Below the pieces are notes generated by a model. The model did no database searches, was not told the DNA's origin, and saw only the letters and a list, made by a program, of their open reading frames with translations. A stretch of DNA of 64,000 nucleotides from Fibrobacteria bacterium (GTDB taxonomy: Bacteria > Fibrobacterota > Chitinivibrionia > Chitinivibrionales > FEN-1185): assembly GCA_037447435.1 (NCBI GenBank), contig JBBIGR010000015.1, positions 1-64,000 of the forward strand, in the 5' to 3' direction. The position numbers and the translations under genes are program-made. Positions 19,089 to 29,519 of the stretch are shown in pieces; position 1 is the first letter of the stretch; each line of letters opens with the position of its first letter.

Positions 19089-19928
19089 ATGATGGAGAAC
19101 CAACCGATTCCCATGAAAACGATTTTCGAATATTCCGATTATCGCAATTATCTTCAGGATTTTTTCGAAAATTCCAAAAAGTGTTTTCCGGGATTTTCAC
19201 ATCGGTTCCTGGCGACCAAACTCGGAATTTCGATGCCGAATCTCATTTTGCTCATAATGCAGGGAAAACGGAAATTGTCTTTGCCCCTCTGCGCGAGACT
19301 TTCCAAATTCATGAAACTCTCTAAAAAAGAAGCCTCATACTTTGAAAACCTGGTCGGTTTCATGCACGCGAAAAACCATGACGAAAAAAACGTTTGCTTT
19401 TTGCGCATGATGAAATTGCGAAATTCGGTTCAATCGAGAAAAATCGAAGAACATCAATATGAATATTATTCGAACTGGTATAATCCCGTAGTCCGCGAAT
19501 TGGTCGTTCATCCGCAATTTTCGGGCGACGTAAAATGGCTTGCCAAAAAAGTTTCCCCGTCTATTACACCCGAACAGGCGAAGGCCTCGATTAAGCTCTT
19601 ATTAGAGCTGGGTTTCATAAAAAAGGAAAGGGGCGGCTATGTCCAAAAAGAAGCCCTTGTTTCGACCGGACCGGAGGTAACGTCTCTTGCTGTTGTCAAC
19701 TATCATCGTGCTATGGCGGCGCTTGCGTCCGGTTCGTACGACCGCAATGAAAAAAGCGAACATAATATCTCGAGCTGTACGGTGAATTTGTCCAAAGCCC
19801 ATTTTGAGGATTTGATAAAGGAGCTGGCGGAATTACGGCGAAAGACGCTTCTATTGGCACAGGATCCAAGCGCGACCAGTCGCGTTTATCAATTAAATTT
19901 ACAACTATTTCCCGTATCGAAAAAATGA
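19089..19928 (+). CDS. TIGR02147 family (DUF4423) HTH protein
   Basis: IFEYSDYRNYL, FSHR, GKRKLS, YFENLV, YYSNWYNPVVRELV, VYQLNLQLFP. Confidence 0.9.
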   Translation: MMENQPIPMKTIFEYSDYRNYLQDFFENSKKCFPGFSHRFLATKLGISMPNLILLIMQGKRKLSLPLCARLSKFMKLSKKEASYFENLVGFMHAKNHDEKNVCFLRMMKLRNSVQSRKIEEHQYEYYSNWYNPVVRELVVHPQFSGDVKWLAKKVSPSITPEQAKASIKLLLELGFIKKERGGYVQKEALVSTGPEVTSLAVVNYHRAMAALASGSYDRNEKSEHNISSCTVNLSKAHFEDLIKELAELRRKTLLLAQDPSATSRVYQLNLQLFPVSKK

Positions 19929-19950
19929 GGAAAACGGAAAACCAATACCT

Positions 19951-21642
19951 ATGAAAAAAATCCCTCATTCCCTTCCGATGTTTTGCATTGTCGCGATGAC
20001 GGCGTTGTCGTTGCATTGCTCCAGGCAAGTTGCAGGCGGCACCGAAACCGGTCACGGCGTCATGGTCGGTACCATATTCGCGGCAAAGGGAACGTCGCCT
20101 GCGTCCGGTGCGGAAGTTCAAATTCGGCGCAATCTTTGCCTCGCCGACACGGCGCAGGCAATACCGCAAAATATAGAAACCGTAAGAACCGACGTTGCGG
20201 GTCATTTCCGTTTCGATTATATAGACACCGGATCGTATGCGATAGAAGCATCCGACAATGCAGGAAATAAAACACTGATCCGCCCGGTACAAATGACAAA
20301 AACCGATTCGATCACCGTTGTCGGACCCGATACGTTAAAGCCTACCGGCGCCATAAAAGGCGCGATATTTTTATCCGAAGGCAGCGACCCGCGAAAAGTG
20401 CTAATCCTCTCCTTTGGCATGGACAAAATGGCGCGGGTCAACGCCGACGGATCGTTTTTGTTTTCCGACCTTGCTCCGGGAACGTACACACTCCGTTTTC
20501 TTCCTCTTTTGTCCAGCTACGACGTCAAAGACACCGAATCCATTTCGGTAGAGTCGTCCGACACGACGGATATCGGTACCGTCGCGCTTTCGTTCAACGG
20601 CATTCCGCTGGTAAAAGGCCTGGCCGTATCGCCCGATTTTTTGAAACAGATCGTCGTGATCCGCTGGAACAAATCGCCGTTGCAGCAAATAAACGGTTAT
20701 GCCGTATACCGCAGAACTGCCGATTCAAACACGGTTTTCACCAAAATAAACACCGCATTCGTAACCGATACGGTTTATGTTGATTCCACCTGCAGTCCCG
20801 ATGGCAAGTACGAATATACCGTTGCGGTTGCCGGAAGCAATTCCCAAATCGGAGCACAGTGCGCTCCTGTCGCGATAACGGTGAAAAGTAATTTGCAAAC
20901 CGTAAAAACCCTGGACGCGTCTCAGTATGCCGCAACAACGGCAAAGGCGGTTCCTTTGGCAAACGGTAATTTTTATATACTGGGCAGAGCTCCTACCCCT
21001 GCGGTTTTTTTGACAGATTCAAACGCAACGGTTCTGGATACGATTGGAAAATCGGCGTTAAATAAACCCAGCGACGCGGTGATTGACGATAGCGGCAATG
21101 TATACGTTGCCGATGGCGCTTCGAATACCGGTTTTAAATTTTCTCCCGCAGGCACTCTGATCGGCCAATGGCCGACCAAGGAGTTTGCGCAGTTCATCGC
21201 ATTGCAAGACACATTGATTTTTGTTGCGGGCAATAGCCAAATTGAAAGTTTTTCCGCCAATGGAAATTCGATATCGGTATTGGGAACGAATGGCGATCCG
21301 GTCAAAGGTCTTGCCGCAGACCAAAAATCCGGGCTTTTCGTGTACACAAGCCGTTCCATTTCATTATTTGTAAACGGCGTACAAATCAAATCGATTTTCA
21401 ATGCGGATATATCCAACCTCGCCCAATATTCCGACAACGGATCGATGGTTATCGACAATGCAGGTAATTTGCTGTTTATACTAAACGAAATACTGTATAA
21501 AATCGACACTGCCGGAACGCTTCTCTTCCGCCATACGCTATCGCCCCTGGTAAACAACATTGCGATCCGGAAATCCGACCAAGCCATTATCCTGACGCAA
21601 TCAAACGGTATTGTCGCGATATGCAGGCAGTTGACTCCGTAA
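19951..21642 (+). CDS. lipoprotein with carboxypeptidase-regulatory-like, FN3-like and NHL/beta-propeller domains
   Basis: signal with LHC then AGGTETG; DGSFLFSDLAPGTY; YVDST...YEYTV; DSGNVYVAD. Confidence 0.8.
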   Translation: MKKIPHSLPMFCIVAMTALSLHCSRQVAGGTETGHGVMVGTIFAAKGTSPASGAEVQIRRNLCLADTAQAIPQNIETVRTDVAGHFRFDYIDTGSYAIEASDNAGNKTLIRPVQMTKTDSITVVGPDTLKPTGAIKGAIFLSEGSDPRKVLILSFGMDKMARVNADGSFLFSDLAPGTYTLRFLPLLSSYDVKDTESISVESSDTTDIGTVALSFNGIPLVKGLAVSPDFLKQIVVIRWNKSPLQQINGYAVYRRTADSNTVFTKINTAFVTDTVYVDSTCSPDGKYEYTVAVAGSNSQIGAQCAPVAITVKSNLQTVKTLDASQYAATTAKAVPLANGNFYILGRAPTPAVFLTDSNATVLDTIGKSALNKPSDAVIDDSGNVYVADGASNTGFKFSPAGTLIGQWPTKEFAQFIALQDTLIFVAGNSQIESFSANGNSISVLGTNGDPVKGLAADQKSGLFVYTSRSISLFVNGVQIKSIFNADISNLAQYSDNGSMVIDNAGNLLFILNEILYKIDTAGTLLFRHTLSPLVNNIAIRKSDQAIILTQSNGIVAICRQLTP

Positions 21643-21659
21643 AACGGGGTTTTAATCCG

Positions 21660-21690
21660 CAGGACCATGCGGATGCGCATGATCCTGCGA
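21660..21690. terminator. hairpin between convergent genes
   Basis: GCAGGACCATGC..GCATGATCCTGC. Confidence 0.5.
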
Positions 21691-21708
21691 CAAGTCGACG
21701 TACACGGT

Positions 21709-22239
21709 TTACGCAGGAGCAATGGTCGTGACGGTCCCCGACGACCCTCGATATTTTAATGCGCCGTTTTGCACGTACAGAACGCCTCCGCCTGTAGGAT
21801 TGGCCGATGGAATCGATGCCGAATTCTGTATTCCGATAGCGCCGGACGCGCCCCCGAATTCCGATGAGCATCCGCAAAGCCCGACATTGCCGTTAATGTC
21901 GACCTCAATACCCCTGGTGACGCCTGCGGCAATGGTTACGGCCGCGCTTTGCGGATTACCCGTCGTGGCTTCAAAAGACTGTATCCAATTTCGCCTTGCC
22001 TCGGTTGCCAAACGGATAAATTCGTTGCTGTTAACCTTGGAGTCCAGGCCAAGCAGCATTGCCCCCGGTGCCTTGATTTGAATTTCATTTCCCCCGCCGT
22101 TTCCTTTACCGTTTCCGACGGATAATTGCGACGTATCGACCACGGTCAGGACTTCAGACGGAGAATTCGTGCCTATGCCAACCCTGCCGTTTGTCCCGTC
22201 TGTCGAATAGCCCTCGGCTCCCAAATGCAAAGCAGCCAT
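21709..22239 (-). CDS. tail-fibre-like hypothetical protein
   Basis: GGAGG RBS; GRVGIGTNSP and GNVGL repeats; C-terminal ANPTGGGVLYVQNGALKYRGSSGTVTTIA. Confidence 0.7.
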   Translation of the reverse strand: MAALHLGAEGYSTDGTNGRVGIGTNSPSEVLTVVDTSQLSVGNGKGNGGGNEIQIKAPGAMLLGLDSKVNSNEFIRLATEARRNWIQSFEATTGNPQSAAVTIAAGVTRGIEVDINGNVGLCGCSSEFGGASGAIGIQNSASIPSANPTGGGVLYVQNGALKYRGSSGTVTTIAPA

Positions 22240-22782
22240 AAAAAAACCTCCGGAAAAAAGTTTAAGTATGCAACAAGCCCGCATTAAGCGGTTAACTTTT
22301 AAGACAACACGATTCGCCGGCGATTGCGCGCGGTTTCCCTTTCAAAGGGACAATCGTTCTTGGTAAACCGGCATACAAACTTTACATTTTGCGACAGTAT
22401 CAATTATACACGCGACAAGGTATGTTTTCAAGGGAAAAATTAATAAAGTGTAATAACTTTGATTACATCCGCGGTAGATCCTGCTCGGCTATGTTCGATC
22501 CATTTATCGCGTATCAACGGGTAATTTTTCTGCGGCTCTCTCAGCGATTTGCATTTACGTCATATTTACACAAGGTATTATCTGAAACCCCGCTTTTGAT
22601 ACATGTCCCCGGAACAGTTTTTCGGAGGAAGCTCCTTACCTTCCTATTGATGCCCCCCACAGCAATCCCTATGGAAAATAAACGGCACATTATTTGCACT
22701 TTGTTTCCCCACTCGTACCTCACCATATTTTTTTGATTTGGGAACCTGTAGGAATTTATTCACTTTCACTAAGGAGGAAATC

Positions 22783-23253
22783 ATGGCCACAAAAGCGGCG
22801 AAACCCATTCCTGAGGGAATGCACACGGTGACACCTGTTTTGAATTTTAACGGCAATTGCGAAAAAGCCATTGAGTTTTACAAAAAGGCATTCCAAGCTA
22901 CCGTCGTCGGCGAAATTGCCAAAGGACCCGGCGGTATGGTTTTGCATGCCCTTATTAAAATCGGCGATGCCAATGTCATGCTTTCCGATTTGATGGGAAA
23001 ACAGGATAATCCCGTGGGCCTATACGGAAATATGTGGATATACATCGATGATTGCGATTCGATGTTCAATAAAGCTATTTCAGCGGGCGCTGTTGCGGTA
23101 TGGCCGCTTACCGATCAATTTTGGGGAGACCGTGTCGGCGTCATAAAAGACCCTTTTAATCATCAATGGTCTATTGCCACTTTGAAATTCACCATGTCGC
23201 AAGAAGAAATGCAGAAAAAGCAAGACGAGTGGATGAAAACAATGAAATGGTAA
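22783..23253 (+). CDS. VOC/glyoxalase family protein (PhnB-like)
   Basis: AAGGAGG RBS; PIPEGMHTVTP, AIEFYKKAF, DQFWGDR, DPFNHQW. Confidence 0.92.
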   Translation: MATKAAKPIPEGMHTVTPVLNFNGNCEKAIEFYKKAFQATVVGEIAKGPGGMVLHALIKIGDANVMLSDLMGKQDNPVGLYGNMWIYIDDCDSMFNKAISAGAVAVWPLTDQFWGDRVGVIKDPFNHQWSIATLKFTMSQEEMQKKQDEWMKTMKW

Positions 23254-23261
23254 ATCGGTAG

Positions 23262-23299
23262 GCGCGACGCTCCCTCAAACTCCTGCAGGAGCGTCGTGC
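23262..23299. terminator. hairpin between convergent VOC genes
   Basis: GCGCGACGCTCC..GGAGCGTCGTGC. Confidence 0.55.
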
Positions 23300-23323
23300 A
23301 TATCCCTTTCGATGTAAAGCCGG

Positions 23324-23797
23324 TTAGTTTCCGTCGTATGCTTTTTGCAAGCCCGCAATGTCAAGTTTGGTCATTGCAAGCATTGCGTTCATCACCCGGC
23401 TCGACTTTTGCGGATCCGGATCACCCAGGAGTTTACTGAGTACAGAAGGCACAATTTGCCATGAAAGACCGAATTTGTCCGTGAGCCACCCGCATTGTCC
23501 TTTTGCCCCGCCTTCGGACAATTTTTCCCATAAATTATCGACTTCTTCCTGGGTTTTGCAATCAACATATAAGGATATTGCGGGTGTGAATTTGAATTCG
23601 GGCCCGCCGTTTAATGCCATGAAATCCTGACCTTCGAGTGAAAATGTCGCAGACATTACGGAACCTTTAACTCCGGGCCCGCTATCGCCATAGCGGCTTA
23701 TATACCCTTTTTTTGATTTCTTAAAAATGGAAACGTAAAAATTCATAGCTTCTTCGGCTTTTCCATCGAACCATAGAAACGGCGTGATTTTTTTCAT
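23324..23797 (-). CDS. VOC family protein (3-demethylubiquinone-9 3-methyltransferase-like)
   Basis: [39 protein letters not shown]. Confidence 0.93.
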   Translation of the reverse strand: MKKITPFLWFDGKAEEAMNFYVSIFKKSKKGYISRYGDSGPGVKGSVMSATFSLEGQDFMALNGGPEFKFTPAISLYVDCKTQEEVDNLWEKLSEGGAKGQCGWLTDKFGLSWQIVPSVLSKLLGDPDPQKSSRVMNAMLAMTKLDIAGLQKAYDGN

Positions 23798-24044
23798 GAT
23801 TTTTCTCCTTTGCGCCCGCATTAATTAAAAGGAATAAATAACAGCAAAAAACAAGCCACCTATCGGTCCCTATTCACGCTTGACCGTATTCGGGACTCGA
23901 CGCAATTATCAAGATACTTGTCGGAAACCCGGTTATTCTATATAATTGGGCGCAAGCCAGTCTTTCGCCTGATCATGCGCCTATAGAGGGCGTATTGGAA
24001 GTCATGGATTTCGAATGGCATATATTCTTGCAAAACCGGCTTAT

Positions 24045-24344
24045 TTACCACCGATTGTTCTGAACGTTGGGCCTTCCGCTACGCTGGCTTCCCTCTGCCC
24101 GCGGCCGGGCTTCGTTGACCGTTATGGCGCGGCCTTCAACTTCTTTTCCATTGCAACCGGCAATCGCTGCAAGCGCTTCCTGCTCGGTTCCCATTTCAAC
24201 AAATGCGAAACCTTTTGAACGGCCTGTTTCGTGATCTTTTATTACCGATGCGGAGGTAACCGAACCGTACGATTCAAAAAGCGTCCTAATCCCGGCTTCG
24301 GCAATATTGTAGGATAAATTTCCCACATATAACTTATTTCCCAT
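24045..24344 (-). CDS. RRM (RNP-1) RNA-binding protein
   Basis: LYVGNL (RNP2), KGFAFVEM (RNP1), VNEARPR. Confidence 0.95.
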   Translation of the reverse strand: MGNKLYVGNLSYNIAEAGIRTLFESYGSVTSASVIKDHETGRSKGFAFVEMGTEQEALAAIAGCNGKEVEGRAITVNEARPRAEGSQRSGRPNVQNNRW

Positions 24345-24428
24345 TGAAACACTCCTTTGAAGAGAAGGTAAAAATATGGCTGCGATGCAGCTGTTTTTCT
24401 CGGGACATACAACCTCCCGAGAACATCG

Positions 24429-25937
24429 TTATCGGTCGTTGACCGCCAGTTCGGTTTTTTCCGCAGGTTCGATTTTATTTTTCACTTTTTGTATTATCTT
24501 TTGAAAAGCAATACGCTCCTGTTTTCTGCCTTCCAACTCGCACAACGATTGTTGGGCAATCCTTTGGGTTTCGAGCTCGGTCGGCACATGGCCGTTATTG
24601 AAAAGTTTTTTCGACGCGTCATTTGCATATTCGGAATATTCTTTCGAATATTCGGAAATGTGCTCGTATAAACTCGAGACAAGTCTTGTCGCTCCGCCGC
24701 CGCAAGTTTCGTGATAATCAACTTCCTTCAAAATGTCGCGCAGAACATCGGGATTGTCGATCATAAGGCAGGGCAACAAAAGGTTTTTATTATACGGCTG
24801 CCGTTTGCGTATCGCATTAAAAAGCGGGGACTTTGTCAACGTATCGAACAGGCCGCTTGTATGGATGTTTTCAACCGCAATCTGACAGAAGACGCACGGT
24901 TCGATGTCTCCGCGATGATTGACATGCAAATACCCTCGGCCTCCCGCAATACAACCGCCGGAATACCAACCGTCGTTCCAGAAATCGATAAGGAAAAGCG
25001 AGAATTTTCTCCGTAATTCTATCATGCGATAGAACCGGTATATTCGCTGCTCCGGGGTCGGCACCAGATCGAGGTCCGGTGCGCGGCCGATAGGCATGTA
25101 CTGAAAATACCATCCAAAACAGGCACCTTGTCTTTGGTAAAATTCGACGAATCGGTCGTCCATGATAAGTTCGTTGTTTTCACGCGTGGCTGTTGCGGAA
25201 AAGCCGAACGGCAAACCAGCTTCCCGCATGTTTTGAAAAGCGGCCAAAACCTTTTTAAAATGCCCTTTTCCTCTTCGACGATCGGTTTCCTCTTCATATC
25301 CCTCGACGCTGATGCATAAATTTACATTGCCTAATGCCGCGAGACGTTGTGTAGTCACCGTGTCCAAAAGAATGCCCGATGTATAAATTTGAAACCAGCA
25401 ATCGCCGTGCTTTTCAATAATATCAAACAACTGCGGATAGACAAAGGGCTCTCCTCCGGTGATGACGAAAAAATAAAGCCCCATCGAATTTGCTTCCGTA
25501 ATCAACCTGTCGACGACGTCGAACTCCAAATCGGAATCTTTTGCATATTGGGCCGAATAGCAGCCCGAGCAGCGAAGGTTGCATTTCATAGTCGGACTGA
25601 TCACCACGGTTTCGGGTATTTCGATTCCGAGCCGTTTTTTTAATTTCCCGCGCATTGCGGCGCCCTTGACGCATTCGTTAATGAAGAAATTTTGATTTAG
25701 TTTCTTTTGCACGATCGGATTGAACCCGCGTATCGATTTTTTCAAAGCGATCATGGTATTTTCCAGATAGGTTTGTACGTACGGTGTGTGACCTAAGTCA
25801 AGCAGGCCGCGGGTAGTGCGCCGAATGACCGCATCAGGCAGAAAAGGATACAGTTTAAATACCTTTGACAATAACTCGCTGTTGATCGAGGTTGCCGCTT
25901 TTTCGAAAAGATTAAGCTGATATTGCTTCGTAGGCAT
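24429..25937 (-). CDS. radical SAM protein with SPASM/twitch-like domain
   Basis: CNLRCSGC, TGGEPF, GCIAGGR..EPCVF, PCLMIDNP. Confidence 0.9.
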   Translation of the reverse strand: MPTKQYQLNLFEKAATSINSELLSKVFKLYPFLPDAVIRRTTRGLLDLGHTPYVQTYLENTMIALKKSIRGFNPIVQKKLNQNFFINECVKGAAMRGKLKKRLGIEIPETVVISPTMKCNLRCSGCYSAQYAKDSDLEFDVVDRLITEANSMGLYFFVITGGEPFVYPQLFDIIEKHGDCWFQIYTSGILLDTVTTQRLAALGNVNLCISVEGYEEETDRRRGKGHFKKVLAAFQNMREAGLPFGFSATATRENNELIMDDRFVEFYQRQGACFGWYFQYMPIGRAPDLDLVPTPEQRIYRFYRMIELRRKFSLFLIDFWNDGWYSGGCIAGGRGYLHVNHRGDIEPCVFCQIAVENIHTSGLFDTLTKSPLFNAIRKRQPYNKNLLLPCLMIDNPDVLRDILKEVDYHETCGGGATRLVSSLYEHISEYSKEYSEYANDASKKLFNNGHVPTELETQRIAQQSLCELEGRKQERIAFQKIIQKVKNKIEPAEKTELAVNDR

Positions 25938-26238
25938 AGTAAACCTTTCGTTAGAGTTAGGTCGCTATGAATGGCAAAGTTGCCCAAATACGATATTTTA
26001 TAAAAAGTGATTTGCCTTGTGTTGTCCGGGATTGCGCATTATTCACGCAAACGGTATGCCTAAAGCGATAATTGGCGGAAACCGAATGATCTATATATAA
26101 ACGGGGAATTTTTATCGTATCCTGATGGGTTTTATAATCCGCTTCGCATTAACTTTTCCATTTTTAATAAAAATAATTCCGATTGTGGGAAAAATTGACG
26201 CATTAGCGGTAAATCAACTACCCATACCCCGTTACTAA

Positions 26239-27459
26239 TTATTCGTACCTGAGCGCGTCGATCGGGTTCAGCGACGCGGCTTTTCGCGCAGGATACCAGC
26301 CGAAGAAAATGCCGGTGGCTGCGGAAAAACCGAATCCCAAAAGCAGGGAAAATGCGGAAATGGATATGGGCCAACCTTGACTTTTGGAAATAATCCATGA
26401 AACGCCCGCGCCGGCAATCATCCCAAGAATACCGCCGAGGAAACTGAGCACAAGCGCTTCGACCAGGAACTGTAAAAGCACGTCGCGCCCTTTTGCGCCG
26501 ACTGCCATGCGAATGCCGATTTCCCGCGTCCGTTCGGTCACCGATACAAGCATGATATTCATGATGCCGATTCCGCCGACTAGTAGCGACACCATCGCAA
26601 TGCTTGCCAAAAGAATACTTAAGGTCTGGGCGGTTTGGTTTGCGGCATTGCTGATGTCGGTTTGCGTGCGGATCGTATAATCGACGCCGTCGCCCTGGCT
26701 GCCTTTACGACGATCCTTTAGCACCTGATTGACTTCCTGACGAGCTTCCTCGACCTGGTCTATGGATACGGCGGACGCCAGCAGGTTTCCGGCATACGTT
26801 GCCCCGAGCAATTTTTTCTGAATCGTGGAAAACGGCGCAATGATGCAATCGTCCTGGTCCTGACCTCCGGCATTTTGACCTTTACCTATAAGTGTGCCGA
26901 CAACGGTAAACGGAAGGTTTTTGATACGGATGATTTGACCGACCGGATTGGCTCCCGCACCGAATATGTTTGTTATGACCGTTTGACCAAGAAGACATAC
27001 TTTGGTTGCGCCGCGTTCATCGGCGTCGGTGTAACACACGCCGGACTCAAGATCCCAATCGCGGACCTTGATATATGTCGGGTACGCACCGTAAATCGAA
27101 GTGCGCCAATTTTGTCCTCCGGCCTTGACCTGTGCGCTCGTGCGCGCCATGGGAGTCGAATACATCACTGCGGGACATTGCGCTTTAATTGCTACCGCAT
27201 CGTCTTCGGAGAGCCTCGATGCGGTGCCGGCCTCGCTGCGAACACCGCCGGCCGTGAAAGCGCCCGGAAAAATCATGAGAAGATTCGTGCCCAAACTTGC
27301 TATTTGCGAATTGATCATATTTTGCGCGCCCTGGCCGATCGCAAGCATCGCGATGACTGCGGCGACGCCGATGACAATGCCCAACATGGTAAGGAAAGAG
27401 CGGAGTTTATTCCGGTTGATGGATCGAGCCGCCATGCGAAGAATACTGAATATGCGCAT
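26239..27459 (-). CDS. MacB-type ABC transporter permease
   Basis: RSFLTMLGIVIG, GGIGIMNIMLVSVTERTREIGIR, PARKAASLNPIDALRYE. Confidence 0.95.
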   Translation of the reverse strand: MRIFSILRMAARSINRNKLRSFLTMLGIVIGVAAVIAMLAIGQGAQNMINSQIASLGTNLLMIFPGAFTAGGVRSEAGTASRLSEDDAVAIKAQCPAVMYSTPMARTSAQVKAGGQNWRTSIYGAYPTYIKVRDWDLESGVCYTDADERGATKVCLLGQTVITNIFGAGANPVGQIIRIKNLPFTVVGTLIGKGQNAGGQDQDDCIIAPFSTIQKKLLGATYAGNLLASAVSIDQVEEARQEVNQVLKDRRKGSQGDGVDYTIRTQTDISNAANQTAQTLSILLASIAMVSLLVGGIGIMNIMLVSVTERTREIGIRMAVGAKGRDVLLQFLVEALVLSFLGGILGMIAGAGVSWIISKSQGWPISISAFSLLLGFGFSAATGIFFGWYPARKAASLNPIDALRYE

Positions 27460-27464
27460 CGTGA

Positions 27465-28199
27465 TTAACTCCTTACCGCTGAGAGTTCCGTTGCCGCGTT
27501 CCGCGGTTCGGTAACGAGCGCGTCGGACAAGATGTTGCCGTCGCGGAATACGACGTTTCGCTTGGCGTACTGCGCTATATCCTGTTCATGCGTGACAAGG
27601 ACAACCGTTATTCCCTGACCGTTGAGCCGTTGAAAAACCGCCATGATTTCGATGCTGATATGGGTGTCCAGGTTTCCCGTCGGCTCGTCGGCAAGAATGA
27701 GAACCGGTTCGTTGACAATAGATCGTGCGATCGCCACGCGTTGCTGCTGGCCGCCGGAAAGCTGATTTGAAAAATGATGCGCGCGCTCTTTTAGGCCGAC
27801 GATGTCCAGCGCGGCAAGCGCGCGTTTATGGGACTCGCGCGGGGTAACCGTGTGATTGTATAACATGGGAAGTTCGACGTTTTCGATTGCCGAGGTTCTC
27901 GAAAGCAAATTGAAGGACTGAAATACGAAACCGAGTTTACGGTTGCGAAGATCGGCAAGTTCGTCGCGCGAGAGTTTGGATACCTCGATGCCGTCGAGCA
28001 GGTACGAGCCTGCCGTGGGAACGTCCAGGCAACCGAGGATGTTCATGAGTGTTGATTTCCCGGAACCGCTGGCCCCCATAATCGCGACGAAATCGCCTTT
28101 ATGAATATCCAGACTGACGTCCTTCAAGGCATTGACCGTTGTCTCACCCATGACGTAGGCTTTTGAAATGGAACGAAGCGATATTATTGGTTGCGACAT
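27465..28199 (-). CDS. ABC transporter ATP-binding protein (MacB/LolD-like)
   Basis: [26 protein letters not shown]. Confidence 0.95.
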   Translation of the reverse strand: MSQPIISLRSISKAYVMGETTVNALKDVSLDIHKGDFVAIMGASGSGKSTLMNILGCLDVPTAGSYLLDGIEVSKLSRDELADLRNRKLGFVFQSFNLLSRTSAIENVELPMLYNHTVTPRESHKRALAALDIVGLKERAHHFSNQLSGGQQQRVAIARSIVNEPVLILADEPTGNLDTHISIEIMAVFQRLNGQGITVVLVTHEQDIAQYAKRNVVFRDGNILSDALVTEPRNAATELSAVRS

Positions 28200-28201
28200 G
28201 G

Positions 28202-29509
28202 TCAGAATCTTCTTCCCATTCCCGGAGGTCCGCCGCCGCCCATCGGTAGCGTCGCCGCCGCCTTTGTCTTGTCGTTGCTCATACTGCCGACAATGACCGG
28301 CTGACCGGGTTCCAAATCCCCTTCGACTTCCGTAAACCCTCCGTTGGAAAGACCTACCTTGACCGCGACGCGTTCGGGTTTGCCGTCTTTTAAAATAAAG
28401 ACCCTTCCCTTAGTCGGATCGTCCTGTCTTTTCCACTGGCCTTGCATATGCCCTGCCTGCGAGGAATCGCCATGCAGACCGCCGCGACCGTGAGGAAGGG
28501 CTGCAGTGTCGCGCATGGCGAATTGTCCATGCTTTCCTGCTGCGGAAGAATCGGCCCCGTGCATTTTGCGCCATTTCTCCGCTGCGCCGGGCGGAAGCGG
28601 AGGCATGAATTTAAGTGCGGCGGCCGGTACGGTCAAAACATTTTCCACTTTTTGCACCTCGACGGTGACATTGGCGGTCATACCGGGCAATAACGCCAAA
28701 TCGCTATTGTCAAGGTCGATCATTACGGTGTACGAAACGACGTTTTGTACGGTTGTCGGCTGCAGTCTGATTTGCGATACGACGCCTTTAAAGGTTCTCG
28801 ACGGATAAGCGTCGACCGTAAACGTTGCGGTCTGACCAATCTTGACTTGTCCGATATCCGCTTCGTCGATGCTTGCCTGAACCTGCATTTTCGACAAATC
28901 GTCGGCAATCGTGAAGATGGTCGGCGTGTTGAAACTCGCGGCAACGGTCTGCCCGACATCAACACTTCTGTTGACCACGACCCCGGTGATCGGCGAAACA
29001 ATGGTTGCATATTGGAGATTGATCTTCGCACGATCGAGTCCTGCCTTGGCGGAACTGAGCTGCGCGGCGGCTGCGGAGGAATCGGCCACCGCCTGATCGA
29101 GATCGGCCTGGGCAACAAGGCCTTTGGCAAAAAGGGCGCGCGTACGGTCGCTGGTCTGTTTTGTCAATATCATCTGGGACTGGGCCTTTAAAAGGGTCGC
29201 GCGGGCGTCCTGCACCGCGGCAAACAACAGCGTCGTATCCAACAGGGCGACAATCTGCCCTTTTTTTACATGTGAATTATAATCGACAAAAAGCTTGGCA
29301 ACGGTACCGCTCACCTGGGTTCCGACCTGCACGTTGAAATGCGGGTTGACCGTTCCCGTCGCGGTTACCTGCACCTTGACGTCCCCGCGTTCCACGGGTG
29401 CCGTGCGCCACGCGACGGGCGCCTTATGATGCGCCATGAAGAAATAAATACCCGTAGCCGCTGCTAAGACGAGGACGGCAATGACGCCAACCCAAATCTT
29501 CTTCGACAT
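28202..29509 (-). CDS. MacA-type periplasmic adaptor
   Basis: AAGGAG RBS before ATG 29509; TM anchor, VGTQVSG, SPITGVV, GQTVAASF, PGMTA. Confidence 0.93.
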   Translation of the reverse strand: MSKKIWVGVIAVLVLAAATGIYFFMAHHKAPVAWRTAPVERGDVKVQVTATGTVNPHFNVQVGTQVSGTVAKLFVDYNSHVKKGQIVALLDTTLLFAAVQDARATLLKAQSQMILTKQTSDRTRALFAKGLVAQADLDQAVADSSAAAAQLSSAKAGLDRAKINLQYATIVSPITGVVVNRSVDVGQTVAASFNTPTIFTIADDLSKMQVQASIDEADIGQVKIGQTATFTVDAYPSRTFKGVVSQIRLQPTTVQNVVSYTVMIDLDNSDLALLPGMTANVTVEVQKVENVLTVPAAALKFMPPLPPGAAEKWRKMHGADSSAAGKHGQFAMRDTAALPHGRGGLHGDSSQAGHMQGQWKRQDDPTKGRVFILKDGKPERVAVKVGLSNGGFTEVEGDLEPGQPVIVGSMSNDKTKAAATLPMGGGGPPGMGRRF

Positions 29510-29519
29510 AATTTCTCCT

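Noticed and set aside
22290..22400. c-di-GMP-I riboswitch upstream of the tail-fibre-like gene
   Set aside because: A TCCCTTTGAAAGGGA hairpin is present but the GCAAA..GACGCAAA consensus is not
23830..24030. structured RNA/riboswitch upstream of the VOC gene
   Set aside because: Only a weak GTCCC/GGGAC stem; no known aptamer consensus recognised
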